Below, in pieces: positions 63,001-64,000 of a stretch of 64,000 nucleotides of DNA. Numbering within the stretch: position 1 is the first letter of the stretch; each line of letters starts with the position of its first letter. Source of the stretch: Candidatus Omnitrophota bacterium. GTDB lineage: Bacteria > Omnitrophota > Gorgyraeia > Duberdicusellales > 4484-171. The translations under genes were made by a program, and so were the position numbers. Below the pieces are notes generated by a model. It was not told the DNA's origin, did no database searches, and saw nothing but the letters and a program-made list of their open reading frames with translations. Location of the stretch: the NCBI GenBank assembly GCA_021735655.1, contig JAIPGM010000001.1, forward strand, positions 64,001 to 128,000, written 5' to 3'.

Positions 63001-64000
63001 AATGAAGGTTTAGAAACAACTGTCGGTTTTAGAAGATGGTCTGAGCAACTAGAAGACTACTTAGAACAACCAAAACGTGGTCAGCAAGGAAATTTAGTCG
63101 CGATAATATTTGATGTTCCAATTGGATGGATTACAAATGGTGAGCGGATAGTATGGCATCAAGATGTAGGTTCGACTTTTTTAAGTTTGTCATCGGAAAC
63201 AAAAGTGGAAGCATTACCGCAGGAATTTTTAGATAGATTGGCCGCCGAAGATGTTGAGTGGTGGGGCAAGCAAGGTTTAGAAATGAATCTGGCCGATTTT
63301 TTTGCTTTGCATTATCGCAGGGGCACCTTAGGCCATGTGCCAGCTGAAAGTCTAAATCTTGAACAAACCATACAGCGAAATGTAGCACATTATGATGAAA
63401 GTTTTCTTGAAACATTAGTTGGCCAAAAGTTAACAGCGATGAGCCAATTGGCACCTCTCGATAATGGCATCAGAAAGTCTGGCCCTCGTTCGCATATCGG
63501 AACTTCAGGGAAAGTGACGAAAGTTCAACCAGTTGCCAAAGTTGGTGATCGTGATGCTGATCCTGAAGAACTAAAGAAAGAAACCAAAACCAAAAAAAGT
63601 GAGCCAAAAGCTATTGATTTTGGTCCAGCGGTAATTGTTGAGCTTTCTCAAGAAGCGCAAAGGTTGTTGGCTGAATCGAAAGATGGCCCAGACAATCCTG
63701 ACGGAAAATCTCAAGCCCCACTTGATAATGGCGTTAATGGTCTTGAGGTGATCAGCCAGGAAGAAGTGTTTTATAAAAATATTCACGAACATTTATCTCA
63801 ACGATCAGTGCCAGCTGATCAGATAGATTTTATTATTAAGGCAATGCGCTTAAATGCGCGCCATAATTTTGTTTCGCAATTAAGTAGACCGGCAACCTAT
63901 AATTCAAATTATCCGATATTTATCGGTAATTGCATGATGTCTCAAGGTACTGGTGTTGCCTATCAAGCCGCGCTGTTAAAACTTGAATATGGACAGTATG
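1..64000 (+). CDS. Single giant ORF, partial at both ends (more than 21,333 codons inside the window). Modular 'polyprotein-like' megaprotein.
   Basis: Frame 1 translates without stops in every line I spot-checked, including 1-600, 3001, 7201, 8821-9300, 10561, 17281-17460, 36001, 47461 and 63901-64000. All 36 PLDNG-type motifs (4243 to 63718) fall in the same frame (start position = 1 mod 3). The ORF track contains no frame-1 ORF and only ORFs of 198 aa or shorter elsewhere. The translated sequence shows recognisable enzyme motifs throughout. Confidence 0.85.
8947..9063 (+). other. Internal signal-peptide-like segment straight after PLDNG (RAKRLASRALSIITALAVLGSANVVQA|AEA). Similar segments sit at 11212-11330 and 21484-21600.
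   Basis: Translation shows a basic n-region, a hydrophobic h-region of about 17 aa and an AxA-type site directly downstream of the motif at 8932. Confidence 0.5.
12121..12465 (+). other. Thioredoxin-fold domain with the active site WCGPC (12187-12201).
   Basis: Translation ...[26 protein letters not shown]...IDIDDNPEIFNKFKV... carries the canonical thioredoxin CxxC motif and matching surroundings. Confidence 0.75.
15121..15624 (+). repeat. In-frame near-perfect tandem repeat array of 36-nt units (AAEAKKVADAEK) and 51-nt units (LAAEKAAEAKKVADAEK), about 10 clean copies plus degenerate flanks reaching about 15700.
   Basis: The units tile exactly: 15190-15240 (51), 15241-15291 (51), 15292-15327 (36), 15328-15363 (36), 15364-15414 (51), 15415-15450 (36), 15451-15486 (36), 15487-15537 (51), 15538-15573 (36), 15574-15624 (51). 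Copies differ by only 0-2 nt. Confidence 0.9.
16590..17790 (+). other. Long coiled-coil-like region rich in Glu, Lys, Ala and Gln, interrupted by a Cys/Arg-rich insert at 17284-17440.
   Basis: Heptad-like charged and Ala-rich sequence, for example ELEKAEGELEALKKAKEELTGKTAETDEELKTKQAEIERLKENLKQRQ... Confidence 0.55.
17810..18130 (+). other. Cluster of transmembrane helices (FYENHPFWFFFLLLTPGYLFGIWAAI...VVIALIAVGLSLALA...).
   Basis: Several hydrophobic stretches of 18-22 aa flanked by basic residues. Confidence 0.5.
19060..19760 (+). other. ATP-grasp-like domain, first copy (VVKIADGSQGVGIAMF resembles the RimK/GshB-type motif xLKPxDGSGGRGV).
   Basis: Motif at about 19420-19470 with surroundings typical of an ATP-grasp ligase. 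Confidence 0.45.
20520..21340 (+). other. ATP-grasp-like domain, second and more degenerate copy (HKAATAYILRQAGVSMPKT...AIVKPANRSRSEGVEAI).
   Basis: N-terminal ligase-like motif plus a xVKPxxGSxGxGV-like stretch at about 20760-20800. Confidence 0.35.
21850..22536 (+). other. Archaemetzincin-like (peptidase M54-type) zinc metalloprotease module. HELGHLFGINH lies at 22375-22407, with the Cys cluster running to about 22500.
   Basis: HELGHLFGINHECGCKTCIMHQADSTEEVARTKQFCKSC fits the pattern HExxHxxG-x4-C-x4-CxM-x15-CxxC. Confidence 0.6.
22537..22653 (+). repeat. Linker cassette PLDNGKQTRQSSPSDRLEVDGASSSVAASPTSSKPLDNG. A partial copy lies at about 21700-21840, and related copies at 43636-43752 and 44563-44700.
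   Basis: Nucleotide strings shared between copies include caatcg(c/t)ctcccagcgat and gctagccctacttcttct. Each copy has PLDNG at both ends. Confidence 0.8.
23530..24450 (+). other. Polytopic membrane module, with further helices out to about 25250.
   Basis: Many consecutive hydrophobic helices (LGSLIAGLVAALPVVGLVAGALALVVVLPPAI..., LVWITGFGSLFNVFVPALVVLVAVFYLW...). Confidence 0.5.
27540..28300 (+). other. Candidate GH-A clan (GH5-like) TIM-barrel glycoside hydrolase.
   Basis: IANEINYYD (an NE-x acid/base-like motif) at about 27658, and VIISEWGE (a nucleophile-like Glu) at about 28030, spaced roughly as in GH5 enzymes. Confidence 0.3.
31500..33560 (+). repeat. Eight tandem protein domains of about 85-100 aa each. 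Consensus ...(V/I)VAANDxxVxILIDxxAP...T(L/N)...(R/K)YGYK(D/E)LxDDSL(Y/W)LFD...
   Basis: Unit starts near 31578, 31883, 32190, 32440, 32697, 32948, 33205 and 33430. The last four are also clearly similar to each other at the nucleotide level. Confidence 0.7.
37790..38900 (+). other. Polytopic membrane module, with additional helices at 36960-37100.
   Basis: Repeated hydrophobic stretches of about 20 aa (IFAISFFVFLAKYLPLAKIVAFLF..., LAIMAIVIVIVITV...). Confidence 0.45.
38554..38739 (+). repeat. In-frame tandem duplication, 2 x 93 nt (KLVAY(I/V)RKLNAVRKSDTG(K/S)VMATVWSDI(K/R)SL).
   Basis: Copy 1 is 38554-38646 and copy 2 is 38647-38739. They differ at about 5 positions. Confidence 0.85.
39900..41990 (+). 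other. GT48-family (FKS1 / callose-synthase-like) beta-1,3-glucan synthase catalytic core (40180-40600), followed by a C-terminal multi-TM region (40590-41980).
   Basis: IVGIPEHIFTASFGNEGKLLAFSDSTFANMVQRVIAMGGTRMHYGHPDSFRKRFAKRMGWTASSSKLNEDIFAGYRAIRYGKRIKFIEYRRVGKAREVKF...FGRGSGEQ matches the conserved FKS blocks I recall (...GGKLHYGHPD...LNEDIYAG...R(G)G.IKH.EY.Q.GKGRD(V/L)G...G.GEQ). Confidence 0.65.
42085..42440 (+). other. Novel HExxH domain, paralog A (HELAH at 42274-42288), ending near the SLDNG variant at 42448.
   Basis: ILAFGGSDALATNGIELNDQNLVMSPALSAPAEVRGGVLYINPNTLRGPPEQLRVIFEGHELAHFLGMDE...AFLENNSIGL is paralogous to 50560-50930. Confidence 0.5.
45583..46380 (+). other. HAD-superfamily phosphatase domain (motif I DLDGT at 45601-45615; motif IV GDSAGD at about 46195-46215).
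   Basis: ILWDLDGTLVNT ... IVGDSAGDVAAAR, spaced as expected for a HAD hydrolase. Confidence 0.7.
46790..47300 (+). other. Class I SAM-dependent methyltransferase fold.
   Basis: LRIGSLGSGDGLAIYQ (motif I, at about 46870-46895), followed by an acidic post-I loop and FDVIYLNNVLHELF (a motif II/III-like region). Confidence 0.5.
48480..49600 (+). other. UAP1/USP-type nucleotide-sugar (UDP-sugar) pyrophosphorylase domain.
   Basis: WAEPAGGRGERLS (compare LAGGQGTRLG) at about 48590-48625, and AHGHGDIH (a GHGD motif) at about 48961-48985. Confidence 0.5.
50560..50930 (+). other. Novel HExxH domain, paralog B (HEAYH at 50773-50787).
   Basis: IIALFGGRNVFDQ...LLINPNVIRGPPQYDSQLKIIFEQHEAYHLDGDDE...RFLENNSLGI is paralogous to 42085-42440. 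Confidence 0.5.
52650..53960 (+). other. PEP-utilizing enzyme domains (PPDK / PEP-synthase-like): a phosphohistidine 'mobile' domain followed by a PEP/pyruvate-binding TIM barrel.
   Basis: ETGVLHYGIAARAEGFPVLA (compare GGxTSHAAIxARExGxP) at about 52700-52750, and FGSVGSNDLISF (compare S(I/F)G(T/S)NDL) at about 53590-53620. Confidence 0.5.
54760..55100 (+). other. Pol-beta superfamily nucleotidyltransferase head domain, of the CCA-adding / poly(A) polymerase type.
   Basis: LYGGAVRRKVYDLGRFVSDYDLMA (a GGAVRD...DxD motif) at 54850-54940. Confidence 0.45.
57380..57640 (+). other. Nudix-hydrolase-like domain with a degenerate Nudix box.
   Basis: GGGVQSGSYETTARMEIREEL (57473-57535), compared with the typical GGGVEPGETPEEALRRELKEEL, sits in a context shaped like a Nudix fold. 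Confidence 0.4.
58040..58925 (+). other. Histidine kinase module: a HisKA-like H-box followed by a GHKL/HATPase_c domain.
   Basis: IRNTNHDIGNHLNGLLG (H-box) at about 58050-58100. VVRDNGPGMNDA (G1, DxGxG) at about 58665-58710. SGYGRGL (G2) at about 58801-58825. Confidence 0.6.
59950..60500 (+). other. LmbE / PIG-L-like (GlcNAc de-N-acetylase family) domain candidate.
   Basis: MVVEVHPDDAMLNFGD (an HPDD(E)-type motif) at 59961-60010. Confidence 0.35.
60940..62100 (+). other. Phosphofructokinase (PFK-A family, possibly PPi-dependent) domain.
   Basis: ILVSGGDCAGLNPV (about 60985-61025), VVIGGNDHL (about 61275-61300), VPKTIDAD (about 61360-61383), EAMGRDCGYLA (about 61493-61520). Confidence 0.65.

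Noticed and set aside
1-64000. An alternative explanation: many separate genes whose stop codons are masked by a non-standard genetic code.
   Set aside because: Frame 1 contains no TAA, TAG or TGA at all, so no reassigned stop would be needed. The conserved PLDNG motif varies synonymously, so it is translated with a standard-like code. All boundaries share one frame, and there are no Met starts, ribosome-binding sites or spacers at boundaries.
1-64000. rRNA, tRNA, ncRNA genes, IS elements, transposases, promoters, terminators.
   Set aside because: I found nothing recognisable. Continuous coding on one strand leaves no non-coding space. I could not identify a transposase or integrase domain or any inverted terminal repeats by eye.

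Overview
The whole 64-kb window appears to be one uninterrupted reading frame on the + strand, in frame 1 (codon starts at positions 1, 4, 7, ...). I translated lines spread between positions 1 and 64000 and found no in-frame stop. A recurring peptide motif lies in frame 1 at every one of 36 sites between 4243 and 63718. The supplied ORF track lists no frame-1 ORF at all, which fits a single ORF that has neither start nor stop inside the window (more than 21,333 codons in view). GC content is roughly 42%. I saw no rRNA, tRNA, CRISPR array, IS element, intergenic spacer, ribosome-binding site, promoter or terminator. Every minus-strand ORF and every alternative-frame + ORF in the track is short and looks like an antisense or out-of-frame artefact of this giant ORF.

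The ORF has a striking modular organisation. A conserved pentapeptide P-L-D-N-G, usually flanked by basic residues ([KR]-P-L-D-N-G-[KR]), recurs at 30 canonical sites, with 6 one-residue variants. Its codons vary synonymously between copies, so the conservation is at the peptide level. The stretches between motifs each resemble a different protein that is normally encoded on its own:
- thioredoxin (WCGPC)
- two ATP-grasp folds
- an archaemetzincin-like HExxHxxGxxH metalloprotease with a Cys cluster
- a GH-A-like glycosidase
- a GT48 (FKS1-like) beta-1,3-glucan synthase core
- two paralogous novel HExxH domains
- a HAD phosphatase (DLDGT...GDSAGD)
- a class I SAM methyltransferase
- a UAP/USP-type nucleotide-sugar pyrophosphorylase
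- PEP-utilizing enzyme domains
- a Pol-beta/CCA-type nucleotidyltransferase
- a Nudix-like domain
- a histidine kinase (H-box plus HATPase)
- an LmbE/PIG-L-like deacetylase
- a phosphofructokinase
- several polytopic membrane modules, and coiled coils.

Several modules open, directly after PLDNG, with a basic stretch followed by a hydrophobic, signal-peptide-like segment. My reading is a giant 'polyprotein' with roughly 36 conserved processing sites (or self-cleaving Asn-Gly sites) that releases many enzymes linked to envelope, glucan and sugar-nucleotide metabolism. I do not recognise this as a described system.

Other features: a perfect 36/51-nt tandem repeat array (Ala/Glu/Lys-rich), a 93-nt in-frame tandem duplication, eight tandem domains of about 85-100 aa each, and near-identical 'linker cassette' copies around some PLDNG pairs.
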